Source of the DNA: Candidatus Omnitrophota bacterium
Lineage (GTDB): Bacteria; Omnitrophota; Gorgyraeia; Zapsychrales; Fredricksoniimonadaceae
Assembly (NCBI GenBank): GCA_028865345.1
Contig: JAGWKL010000007.1
Span: 6,089-70,088 of the forward strand
Reading direction: 5' to 3'
DNA length: 64,000 nt
A program made the translations under genes and the position numbers. Positions within the stretch are counted from its first letter, which is position 1. Each line of letters begins with the position of its first letter. Below the pieces are notes generated by a model that was given only the letters and a program-made list of their open reading frames with translations, had not been told where the DNA came from and searched no databases. Of the stretch, positions 55,766 through 64,000 are shown piece by piece.

Positions 55766-56419
55766 TTAGAGCGGAGCCCTTTTATGTTTGAAAAATTCCA
55801 GGAAGGCCGGTATCAGAGAAATGCCGACGATCACTAAAATGACCCAGGAAAAGTTATGCCGCACAAAAGGCAGGTTACCGAAGAAAAACCCGCTTAAGAC
55901 CCCTACCAAAACCCAGGCCGTTCCCCCGATAATGTTATAGATTGTGAATTTGGCATACGGCATGCCGCCTACCCCCGCCAGGAAAGGAGCAAAGGTCCGG
56001 ATGATGGGCATAAACCGCGTGATGATGATGGTCTTGGCCCCGTATTTTTCGAAAAAGGCATGCGTACGCTTGATGTAGTTCTGGTTGACAAAAGGCCCGG
56101 CGCGGTGACTCGTAACTTCGTCGGCCAGGAATACGCCGATCGCATAATTGAGCATGTTGCCGCCGACGGCGGCAAGCGTGAGGCCTACGACCAGCAGCCC
56201 TAATTGCAGGGTGCCGGAGGCGGCCATGGCCCCCAGGACAAAAAGCAGGGAATCCCCAGGCAGAAAAGGCGTCACCACCAGGCCGGTTTCACAAAAAATG
56301 ATGACAAACATGATGAGGTAGGTCCATACCCCGTAATGGATGACGATGGCCCCCAGGTGGCGGTCCAGATGGAGCAGAAAATCGGCGTACTGGTGCAGTA
56401 AGGGCATGGGGGACATCAT
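55766..56419 (-). CDS. DedA/SNARE-associated family membrane protein
   Basis: DedA signature G(x)2F(x)3R-like region (ITRFMPIIRTFAPFLAGVGGMPYAKF), multiple TMs; 217 aa. Confidence 0.7.
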   Translation of the reverse strand: MMSPMPLLHQYADFLLHLDRHLGAIVIHYGVWTYLIMFVIIFCETGLVVTPFLPGDSLLFVLGAMAASGTLQLGLLVVGLTLAAVGGNMLNYAIGVFLADEVTSHRAGPFVNQNYIKRTHAFFEKYGAKTIIITRFMPIIRTFAPFLAGVGGMPYAKFTIYNIIGGTAWVLVGVLSGFFFGNLPFVRHNFSWVILVIVGISLIPAFLEFFKHKRAPL

Positions 56420-56436
56420 AACAGAAAAAGGAAAAA

Positions 56437-56458
56437 GGAGACACTTTAAAGTGTCTCC
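56437..56458. promoter_or_regulatory. Palindrome GGAGACACTTTAAAGTGTCTCC in divergent promoter region (variant of GGGGACAC family)
   Basis: Between the dedA start (56419, minus) and the hypothetical gene (56479, plus). Compensatory G>A/C>T changes keep the palindrome. Confidence 0.4.
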
Positions 56459-56478
56459 TTTTCGCGTATAATGAAAGA

Positions 56479-57141
56479 ATGCGTACGGTCCGCTTTCTTT
56501 TTATTGTTTTGTGTTTGGTCGCGGCGGGTTTCTGGTTGTTTCGGCAGATGGACCGGCAGCATGTCTATCAAGAGATGCTGGAGAGGCTCCAGGCGGAATC
56601 ACGGGCGGCTGAGGTGCTGGTGACCGCGGTCCATGTCGATCCCCGGACCCATCGCCGCATGACCACCATCAAGTTCGTCGAAGTAGACAGCGAAGGCCGC
56701 CCCATGCCGCCAAAATATTTTACCTTCAGCGGCGATTTGATCCAGTTTGAGTCCCTCGTGGTGCGCTTTGAAGACAAATTTGTGGCCGCCGGCGACCGGT
56801 TCAGGGGCAGGAGCGTTTATTTGTTCTGGAAGGCATTCTGGCTCGACGGGCCACATACGGAAGAATACCCCATCACCCAAGTCAATCAGATTCCCGGCGG
56901 GTATAAAATTCCGGGAAGGACGAGCGGGTTCGAAAACAGGTTTTGGAAGGATTTTTGGCAATACGCCTTTGATGAAATCAAGGCCGGGAAGGCGGGCGTC
57001 AAAAGCGTGCAGGTCGAAGCGCCGGGGGTCATTTTTATTCCCGGGTATTTGTATACGATTCATATCGAGCACGACGGCGGATTGCGGATCGACGCCAAAC
57101 CTTTGGACCCGATTTTGCGCGGGGAGAGGATTCCGGCGTAA
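56479..57141 (+). CDS. Hypothetical membrane-anchored protein (220 aa)
   Basis: N-terminal TM, Trp/Phe-rich soluble domain; no family recognised. Confidence 0.35.
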   Translation: MRTVRFLFIVLCLVAAGFWLFRQMDRQHVYQEMLERLQAESRAAEVLVTAVHVDPRTHRRMTTIKFVEVDSEGRPMPPKYFTFSGDLIQFESLVVRFEDKFVAAGDRFRGRSVYLFWKAFWLDGPHTEEYPITQVNQIPGGYKIPGRTSGFENRFWKDFWQYAFDEIKAGKAGVKSVQVEAPGVIFIPGYLYTIHIEHDGGLRIDAKPLDPILRGERIPA

Positions 57142-57159
57142 GGATCATGGGAGGATTCT

Positions 57160-57879
57160 ATGAAGGCACAAACAATTGAATATAAACAGGCAGGCACCCT
57201 TTGCGAAGGATATTTGGCCTATGACGACAGCCGCAATGATAAACGACCGGGCATATTGGTTGTGCATGAATGGAAAGGCCTGGATGGTTATGCCCGCCGG
57301 CGCACGGAAATGCTCTCCCGGCTGGGATACGTTGCCTTTGCCGCGGATATTTACGGCAAGGGCATACGTCCTCAAACGGTCCCTGAGGCCGCAGCCATGG
57401 CCGGGAAATTCAGAGGAGAAGACAGGTCCCTTTTAAGGGGCCGCGTCAATGCGGGACTGGATGTTTTAAGGTCCCAGCCCCAGGTGGATCCGTTGCGGTT
57501 GGCCGCCATCGGTTATTGTTTCGGAGGGACCGCTGTCCTGGAATTGGACCGAAGCGGTACGGATGTCAAAGGCATTGTCAGTTTTCACGGCGGGCTGAAC
57601 ACGCCCAAGCCGCAAGATGCGGAAAATATCAAGGCCAGGATCCTTGTTTTGCACGGGGAGGCGGACCCCTTTGTCAAACCGGAAGAAGTGGCGGCCTTTG
57701 AGAAAGAAATGAAGGCGGCACGCCTCGAGTACCGCCTGGTCAAATACCCGGGCGCCCAGCACGGGTTCAGCAACCCGGAAAATAAGGGGGACAACCCGCC
57801 GGGCGCTTGTTATCAGGAAGCCGCGGACAAGGGTTCATGGGACCAGATGCAGAAATTTTTTAAGGAGATTTTTATATAG
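57160..57879 (+). CDS. Dienelactone hydrolase family protein
   Basis: GYCFGG nucleophile elbow, HGFSN C-terminal His; 239 aa. Confidence 0.7.
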   Translation: MKAQTIEYKQAGTLCEGYLAYDDSRNDKRPGILVVHEWKGLDGYARRRTEMLSRLGYVAFAADIYGKGIRPQTVPEAAAMAGKFRGEDRSLLRGRVNAGLDVLRSQPQVDPLRLAAIGYCFGGTAVLELDRSGTDVKGIVSFHGGLNTPKPQDAENIKARILVLHGEADPFVKPEEVAAFEKEMKAARLEYRLVKYPGAQHGFSNPENKGDNPPGACYQEAADKGSWDQMQKFFKEIFI

Positions 57880-57914
57880 CAATTGGGACAAATTGTGCTA
57901 CTATTCAATACATT

Positions 57915-59045
57915 ATGAAAATCCATGAATACCAGGCAAGAAATTTGTTTGCCCAATACGGCATTCCCGTGGCGGCCGGGGACGTGGCCCAAACACCCGA
58001 GGAAGCGTTGAGCATAGCCCGCAAGGCCGGGTTGCCAGTGGTTGTCAAGGCCCAGGTGCTGGTCGGCGGCCGCGGCAAGGCCGGCGGTGTCAAGGTTGTC
58101 GACAATGAAGCTGACCTTGTTTCTGAGTTTAACCGCATCAAGCAGCTGAATATCAAGGGTTATACGGTGGAACGCCTGTTAATTGCCAAGGCGGTGGACA
58201 TCAGGAAGGAATATTATCTGGCTGTGACCATCGACAATATCAAGGGCGATGTGGTTGTCATCGCTTGCGCTGACGGCGGGGTAGAGATCGAAGAGACCGC
58301 CAAGACCCATCCGGAGAGGATCATTAAATTTTATATGCAGGGGGCCAAGGAGCTTGATGAGGCCCGCTGGGCCCCGGTGGCGGCACAATTATTCGATGAT
58401 CTGCGCCTGCGCAAGAGTGTTACCGCCATCCTGCAAAAATTGCTTAAACTGTTCTTCGAGAAAGACTGTTCCCTGGCGGAGATCAATCCTTTTGTCATCA
58501 ACGGCGAGGGCAATTTAATGGCCGTGGACGCCAAGGTCATCATTGACGACAATGCCCTGGACCGCCAACCGGAAGCGGCGGCCTTGAGGGACATGAAATA
58601 TGAAGACCCTGATGAACTGGAAGCCAAGACCAAGGGATTAAGTTTTGTGAAGCTGGAAGGCAATGTCGGCTGCATTGTCAATGGGGCTGGCCTGGCAATG
58701 GGCACCATGGACGGGGTCAACCTGCTGGGCGGCCGACCGGCCAATTTTTTGGACGTGGGGGGATCTTCCAATCCGGAAAAAGTCCTCAATGCCCTCAAGA
58801 TCATCTTGCGCAATAAAGACGTCAAGGTCATTCTGATCAATATTTTCGGCGGCATCACCCGTTGCGATGATATCGCCAACGGCATATTGACCGCGCTCAA
58901 GCAGATACAGATCCATGTGCCCATGGTCATCCGTTTGACTGGGACCAATGAAAAAGAAGCCAAGGAGCTCCTGACATCGGCAGGTTTGAGGACGTTTAGC
59001 TCCATGAGACAGGCTGTTACAGAGGCGGTGAAGGCGACCAAATAA
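57915..59045 (+). CDS. sucC: Succinyl-CoA synthetase beta subunit
   Basis: [15 protein letters not shown]-grasp, GGRGKAGGV; 376 aa. Confidence 0.9.
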   Translation: MKIHEYQARNLFAQYGIPVAAGDVAQTPEEALSIARKAGLPVVVKAQVLVGGRGKAGGVKVVDNEADLVSEFNRIKQLNIKGYTVERLLIAKAVDIRKEYYLAVTIDNIKGDVVVIACADGGVEIEETAKTHPERIIKFYMQGAKELDEARWAPVAAQLFDDLRLRKSVTAILQKLLKLFFEKDCSLAEINPFVINGEGNLMAVDAKVIIDDNALDRQPEAAALRDMKYEDPDELEAKTKGLSFVKLEGNVGCIVNGAGLAMGTMDGVNLLGGRPANFLDVGGSSNPEKVLNALKIILRNKDVKVILINIFGGITRCDDIANGILTALKQIQIHVPMVIRLTGTNEKEAKELLTSAGLRTFSSMRQAVTEAVKATK

Positions 59046-59046
59046 T

Positions 59047-59916
59047 ATGTCCATCCTTATTGATCAAAATACCAAGGTCATTGTTCAGGGCATCACCGGC
59101 CGCGACGGGTCTTTCCATGCCAGGCAGATGCTGGAATACGGCACCAAGGTCGTCGGCGGCGTGACGCCGGGCAAGGGCGGCCAGGAGATCAGCGGCATCC
59201 CTGTTTTTAATTCCGTCGAAGAAGCGAGGCGACAGACCGGATGCAATGCGGCAGTCATTTATGTGCCTGCCAAATTCGCCAAAAGCGCAGTTCTGGAAGA
59301 TATTGCCGCCGGTATTCCGCTCATTGTTTGCATCACCGAAGGGATCCCGGTGTTGGACATGGTGGAAGTCAAAAAAGCGTTGAGGAACACCCAGATCCGT
59401 TTGATCGGCCCCAATTGCCCGGGCTTGATCTCGCCGGGAAAGTCCAAGATCGGCATCATGCCCGGCCATATCCATAAGCCCGGGGATGTCGGCGTTATTT
59501 CACGTTCGGGGACCCTGACCTATGAAGTGGTTTTTAATTTGACGGCCAACGGCTTGGGTCAATCGACCTGTGTGGGCTTGGGCGGGGACCCTATTATCGG
59601 CACCAGGTTCGTGGATGTGCTTAAGATGTTCCAGGAAGATCCGGGCACCCGTGCCATTGTGATGGTGGGTGAGATCGGCGGCGGGGATGAACAACTGGCT
59701 GCGGACTACATCAAGAGATTTATCACCAAACCCGTTGTGTCTTTTATCGCCGGACGCACGGCGCCCGCGGGCAAGCGCATGGGGCACGCGGGAGCCATCA
59801 TTTCGTCAGGCGATTCCACCGCAGAAGCCAAAATACAGATCTTGCGCGATGCCGGCGTTGTCGTCGTTGATTTTCCCGATGAGATTCCCCAGGCCTTAGC
59901 GGCCAGTTTGAAATAA
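59047..59916 (+). CDS. sucD: Succinyl-CoA synthetase alpha subunit
   Basis: [10 protein letters not shown], active-site His region [10 protein letters not shown]; 289 aa. Confidence 0.9.
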   Translation: MSILIDQNTKVIVQGITGRDGSFHARQMLEYGTKVVGGVTPGKGGQEISGIPVFNSVEEARRQTGCNAAVIYVPAKFAKSAVLEDIAAGIPLIVCITEGIPVLDMVEVKKALRNTQIRLIGPNCPGLISPGKSKIGIMPGHIHKPGDVGVISRSGTLTYEVVFNLTANGLGQSTCVGLGGDPIIGTRFVDVLKMFQEDPGTRAIVMVGEIGGGDEQLAADYIKRFITKPVVSFIAGRTAPAGKRMGHAGAIISSGDSTAEAKIQILRDAGVVVVDFPDEIPQALAASLK

Positions 59917-59925
59917 GTTTATTCC

Positions 59926-60957
59926 ATGAGCCATCCTTTTTCCTTGTCTAATGTCAAAAACATTATCGCCATTTCTTCCTGCAAAGGCGGGGTGGGCAAG
60001 TCGACCATTGCCTCTGCCCTGGCCCTGGAGCTGGCTTCCCGCGGCTTGAAAACGGGCCTTTTGGACGCGGACATCTATGGCCCGTCCCTGCCTTCCTTTT
60101 TCCAATTGCACGAGGCCAAGGTGCAGGCCAATGAATTCAAGCTGCTGGTGCCCGTGGAACACCAGGGGCTCAAACTTATGTCCTTCGGGTTTCTGTTGGG
60201 AGATGCGCCGGCCGTGATGCGCGGGCCCATTGTCACGCGCTATATCCAGCAGCTGCTTTTTCAGACGGATTGGGGCCGGCTGGATTTTTTGGTGCTGGAC
60301 ATGCCGCCCGGCACCGGGGACGTCCAGTTGACGATCACCCAGTCTGTCAAATTGACCGGTGCGGTCATCGTGACCACCCATCACAACCTTTCCCTGGTGG
60401 ACACGGCCCGAGGCATTCTGATGTTTGAAAAGGTCCAGGTGCCGATCTTGGGGGTCGTCGAGAACATGGCGTATTTTACTTGCCCCGACACTGGGAAAAA
60501 ATACTATATTTTCGGAGAGCAAAAAGCCGGGGCCTTGTCCAAGCGTTTTGGGGTCAAGACCCTCGTGGAGATCCCCATCCTGGAGGCCATGTCAGGCGAC
60601 ATGGCTGCCTTCAAGCCCAATGAATATATCAGAAAGGCGGCAGACGGATTGCTGCAGGCTGTCGATAATATGCAGTCGTTCCAGACAGAGTTAAAGGACG
60701 CCGGTTTTCGCGACGGCCGGGTGGTGCTGGTATTCAGCGACGGCAGGGAACTGTCGGCCGACGCCTTCGACCTGCGCGCCAACTGCCAGTGCGCGGTGTG
60801 CGTCTCGGAAACCACCGGCCAAAGGCTGACGGACGTCCAAAAGATCCCCCCGGACGTCAACCCTGCCGAGATCCTGCCCCTGGGCAATTACGCAGTCGGC
60901 ATCACCTGGAGCGACGGCCATTCCTCAGGGATTTATCCGTACCATCTTTTTAAGTAG
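59926..60957 (+). CDS. mrp: Mrp/ApbC/NBP35 Fe-S cluster carrier ATPase with C-terminal DUF971-like extension
   Basis: SCKGGVGKST Walker A, CPDTGKKYY CxxC motif; ~90-aa C-terminal CQCAVC-containing domain. Confidence 0.75.
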   Translation: MSHPFSLSNVKNIIAISSCKGGVGKSTIASALALELASRGLKTGLLDADIYGPSLPSFFQLHEAKVQANEFKLLVPVEHQGLKLMSFGFLLGDAPAVMRGPIVTRYIQQLLFQTDWGRLDFLVLDMPPGTGDVQLTITQSVKLTGAVIVTTHHNLSLVDTARGILMFEKVQVPILGVVENMAYFTCPDTGKKYYIFGEQKAGALSKRFGVKTLVEIPILEAMSGDMAAFKPNEYIRKAADGLLQAVDNMQSFQTELKDAGFRDGRVVLVFSDGRELSADAFDLRANCQCAVCVSETTGQRLTDVQKIPPDVNPAEILPLGNYAVGITWSDGHSSGIYPYHLFK

Positions 60958-61013
60958 TTTTTGCCGCTCGTAAATGGTAAAATCCAAACAAACTTAGAAA
61001 GGGAGGCGCAGCC

Positions 61014-61775
61014 ATGTTTTTTTCAATCCCCATCATTCTTGTCATCCTTTTTTTGTCCATCCGCATCGTCCAGCAGTATCAGACCGGAGTGGTGTTCCAA
61101 TTGGGCAGGTATTCCCGGACCCTGCAGCCGGGGTTGAATTTTATCATCCCGCTGATTGAGGATGCCAGGATCGTGGACATGAGGGTTTTGACCACGGACG
61201 TCCCCAAGCAGCAGGCGATCACCAAGGACAATGTGCCGGTATCCATCAACGGAGTCGTTTATTTTCAAGTGACCGACGCGATGTCGGCGGTCATCAAGGT
61301 TCAGAATTATCTTTACGCGGTCTCCCAGTATGCCCAGGCGGCCCTGCGTGACGTAGTGGGCGGCATGAGTTTTGACGACCTTTTGGCTGAGCGCCAGAAG
61401 ATCGGCGACGAGATCGAGAACATCATCCAAAAACAGGCCCAAAGCTGGGGGTTGTTGGTGTCGGCGATCAAGATTTTAGACATTGACGTGCCGCAGGAGT
61501 TGAAGGAAATGATGTCCAGGCAGGCTTCGGCGGAACGGGAGAAACGCGCCACGATCACCAAGGCCGAAGGCGACAAGATGGCCGCCATCAACCTGGCTGC
61601 CGCGGCCAAGACCATGGCCGAGTCTCCGGGCGCCATGCAGTTAAGAACCCTTCAGACCTTGGACAGTCTCGGGCCATCCCCCTCCAACACGGTTGTGGTT
61701 GCCGTTCCCGTGGATATTTTGACGTCCATCAAGGTGCTGGCGACCAAAATCAACAATGGCGAGCCCCTGTTATAG
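61014..61775 (+). CDS. SPFH/band-7 (stomatin/prohibitin-like) membrane protein
   Basis: N-terminal TM, IVQQYQTGVVFQLGRY, SPFH core, coiled-coil EREKRATITKAEGDK. Confidence 0.75.
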   Translation: MFFSIPIILVILFLSIRIVQQYQTGVVFQLGRYSRTLQPGLNFIIPLIEDARIVDMRVLTTDVPKQQAITKDNVPVSINGVVYFQVTDAMSAVIKVQNYLYAVSQYAQAALRDVVGGMSFDDLLAERQKIGDEIENIIQKQAQSWGLLVSAIKILDIDVPQELKEMMSRQASAEREKRATITKAEGDKMAAINLAAAAKTMAESPGAMQLRTLQTLDSLGPSPSNTVVVAVPVDILTSIKVLATKINNGEPLL

Positions 61776-61777
61776 AG

Positions 61778-62884
61778 ATGAAAAGGCCCAAGCACCTTAA
61801 AAATATTTTCATCTCGGCGATCCACCAAAACGCCGGCAAGACGACCGTGGCCCTGGGGCTTTTCAAGAATTTCCAGGAACGCAAGATCAAGACCGCTTTT
61901 ATGAAGCCGGTGGGCCAGGAGACCGTCACCTTTGAAGAAAAGCCCATCGACAAAGACACCTACCTGATCGGCGAGGTCTATCACTGCAAGAAGCATATCA
62001 AGGACATGAGTCCGATCACCGTCGGCCGTGGATATACGGAAAAATATATCCTCGAGCCTGAAAAACAACAATTGCAGGAAAAGATACTAAAGTCTTTTCA
62101 GACCATCACCCGCGGCAAGGATGCCATCATCGTGGAGGGTACCGGGCATGCGGGGGTGGGATCGGTCATCGATTGCTCGAACGCGGACGTGGCAGCCCTG
62201 CTGGGTGCTCGCGCGATCATTATCTCCGGCGGCGGCATCGGCCGCGCCATCGACGAAATTATGCTCAACAAAGCGCTGTTCGATCTGTGCAAGGTGCCTT
62301 TGGTGGGGGTCATCATCAACAAGGTGAGGCCCGAAAAACTGGAAAAGGTCAAGGCGATTGTGGGTAAGGGCTTGAGTCAAAAAGGCATCCGTCTCCTGGG
62401 TGTTATCCCGGAAAAAGAGCTGCTCAGCGCCCCGACTGTCGCGCAGGTCAAGGAAAGGCTTGACCTGAAAGTGTTTTCCGGTGAAGAGAATCTCAACAGC
62501 CGGGTCCATGACGCCATCGTCGCGGCCATGGAGCCGTACAACATGATCGGGCATTTGCGCGACGGCGCCTTGGTCATCACTTCAGGCGACCGCGTGGACA
62601 ACATGCTGGTGGCGGTTTCTTCCTATTTGCTGCAGGAGGGCCGGGCCGTCAAGGTGGCCGGCCTTATCCTGACCGGAGGACTGACCCCGGACCATAAAAT
62701 TGCAGGACTGCTCAAAGACAGCCGTATCCCGGTTTTGTATTGCGACCAGGATACCTACACCATTGCCGCAGCCATCGAGAACATGACGCCCAAGATCCAA
62801 AAAACCGACCGCGACAAGATCCTGGAGGCCAGGCGGGTGGTCAAGGACCATGTGAATGTGGATATGATCCTGGAGAATTCATAA
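61778..62884 (+). CDS. DRTGG / CobQ-like AAA-domain protein (phosphotransacetylase N-terminal-region-like, 368 aa)
   Basis: IFISAIHQNAGKTTVALGL P-loop and DRTGG-like C-terminal half (LVITSGDRVDNML). No catalytic Pta domain. Confidence 0.45.
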   Translation: MKRPKHLKNIFISAIHQNAGKTTVALGLFKNFQERKIKTAFMKPVGQETVTFEEKPIDKDTYLIGEVYHCKKHIKDMSPITVGRGYTEKYILEPEKQQLQEKILKSFQTITRGKDAIIVEGTGHAGVGSVIDCSNADVAALLGARAIIISGGGIGRAIDEIMLNKALFDLCKVPLVGVIINKVRPEKLEKVKAIVGKGLSQKGIRLLGVIPEKELLSAPTVAQVKERLDLKVFSGEENLNSRVHDAIVAAMEPYNMIGHLRDGALVITSGDRVDNMLVAVSSYLLQEGRAVKVAGLILTGGLTPDHKIAGLLKDSRIPVLYCDQDTYTIAAAIENMTPKIQKTDRDKILEARRVVKDHVNVDMILENS

Positions 62885-62973
62885 AGAGAGTTGACTATTT
62901 TTTGATCCTCGTTTAAAGTAATTGAGCTTGGGGACCTGTCTCCAGGCTCGGGGACTGATGAAAAGATACGGCT

Positions 62974-63327
62974 ATGTTAGAATATATCGCTGTCATATTT
63001 GCTTTTTTATTCGCCTTAGGTCTATCGGCCCTGCTGTTGACCCTGCCGAAATTTTTGGCCCCTAATCTTCCCAGCGACATCAAATCCAGGCCTTTTGAAT
63101 GCGGCAAGGAACCGTTTGCCCTGCCGGGCGGCAACATGCCGGTGCATTTTTATATTGTGGCCATGCTCTTTATTATTTTCGATGTCGAGATGGTTTTTCT
63201 TTTTCCCTGGGCTGTGCTGTTTAGGAAACTGGGTATCTTCGGCCTTGCGGAAATGGCGGTTTTTCTGGGATTTGTGGTTTTGGGTTTTCTTTACGTGTTG
63301 AAGAAGCGGGCCCTGGCATGGGAGTAA
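62974..63327 (+). CDS. nuoA: NADH-quinone oxidoreductase subunit A
   Basis: 3-TM, PFECG motif; 117 aa; nuoABC order. Confidence 0.8.
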   Translation: MLEYIAVIFAFLFALGLSALLLTLPKFLAPNLPSDIKSRPFECGKEPFALPGGNMPVHFYIVAMLFIIFDVEMVFLFPWAVLFRKLGIFGLAEMAVFLGFVVLGFLYVLKKRALAWE

Positions 63328-63331
63328 GCAT

Positions 63332-63898
63332 ATGTCTGCCTTAAATTCACCGACAGGTTTCATCACTTCAAGCTTCAAGCACGCCTTGGGCTGGGCGCGG
63401 AAATTTTCCATATTTCAATATCCGTTCGTGACGGCCTGTTGCGGCATGGAGTATATGGCCACCAACTGTGCCCATTATGACCAGGACCGGTTTGGCGCGG
63501 GTTTTCCCCGTTTTTCGCCCCGACAGTCGGACGTGCTTTTTGTGGTGGGCACCATCAGCCAAAAAATGGCGCCGGTCCTAAAAACGGTTTATGATCAGAT
63601 GTGCGAACCCAAATGGGTGGTGGCCTTCGGGGTGTGCACCTGCACCGGCGGTTTTTATGACAATTATGCAACGGTGATGGGGATCGATACCATCATTCCG
63701 GTCGATATTTATATCCCCGGCTGTCCGCCGCGTCCGGAAAATGTGCTGGACGGATTGATCAAGCTCCAGGAGAAGATCCAACGCGGCGAGCAATCGAGGA
63801 CATTGTATGACCCTCACACCAAAACCGGCCGGCCTGTGGAATTGCAGGGCGGCTATACCATCGAGGGGCATATCAAACATATAGAAGCCAAATCATGA
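63332..63898 (+). CDS. nuoB: NADH-quinone oxidoreductase subunit B
   Basis: CCGMEY, GxCTxxGG, CPP Fe-S ligands. Confidence 0.9.
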   Translation: MSALNSPTGFITSSFKHALGWARKFSIFQYPFVTACCGMEYMATNCAHYDQDRFGAGFPRFSPRQSDVLFVVGTISQKMAPVLKTVYDQMCEPKWVVAFGVCTCTGGFYDNYATVMGIDTIIPVDIYIPGCPPRPENVLDGLIKLQEKIQRGEQSRTLYDPHTKTGRPVELQGGYTIEGHIKHIEAKS

Positions 63899-64000
63899 CG
63901 CCTTTAGCAAGAGTCCAGGAACGATTTTCCACGCAGATCATAGAGACGCACAGCTTTCGGGGGGATGAGACGGCGGTCATCCGTCCAGAGGCTCTGCGGC
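63898..64000 (+). CDS. nuoC: NADH-quinone oxidoreductase subunit C (5' fragment, runs off window)
   Basis: ATGA overlap with nuoB; MTPLARVQERF; truncated by window end. Confidence 0.45.

Overview
This 64-kb window comes from a chromosomal replication-origin neighbourhood of a moderately GC-rich (~57%) bacterium that appears to be diderm (two-membraned).

The right two-thirds of the window is housekeeping:
- gyrA–gyrB–DUF721–dnaN–dnaA on the minus strand, with DnaA-box clusters flanking dnaA.
- A divergent rpmH–yidD–yidC–jag(N-terminal domain only)–parA–parB block. rnpA is absent from its usual place in this block.
- ndk, yicC, gmk, rpoZ, a standalone coaC, and a tRNA-Cys/Leu/Val cluster.
- thrS–infC–rpmI–rplT–pheS–pheT.
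- A four-gene sugar-modification cassette (RmlD-like reductase, family-2 glycosyltransferase, two methyltransferases).
- rarA, a 5-formyl-THF cyclo-ligase, rny–ymdB followed by two tandem PilZ genes, gltX plus tRNA-Gln, an ECF sigma / anti-sigma / Spy-like module, dedA, sucCD, mrp, an SPFH protein and the start of nuoABC.

The left ~19 kb (24–19291, all minus strand) is the standout. It is a highly non-canonical Tad/Flp-type pilus locus, transcribed in this order:
- a PPIase lipoprotein, CpaB, and a secretin (CpaC) that carries a C-terminal TonB_C domain;
- a 33-bp tandem-repeat ORF whose coding strand is ambiguous;
- a single polypeptide fusing a CpaE/TadZ-like ParA ATPase to the CpaF/TadA secretion ATPase, with a translationally coupled DUF192 gene;
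- an AT-rich inserted island encoding an XRE regulator and a 373-aa HTH-like protein;
- eight tandem Flp-type pilin paralogs, 51–139 aa, all predicted to mature to an N-terminal Gln. One of them (51 aa) is absent from the ORF track;
- TadG-like and TadE-like pseudopilins;
- two ~920-aa cysteine-rich proteins, one fused to a Tad (TadG-type) N-terminal domain. These are probably pilus-associated adhesins.

No tadB/tadC platform genes or prepilin peptidase are visible inside the window. A recurring palindrome family (GGGGACAC..GTGTCCCC) marks four intergenic sites. All calls rest on reading the sequence and motifs by eye; no database searches were run.
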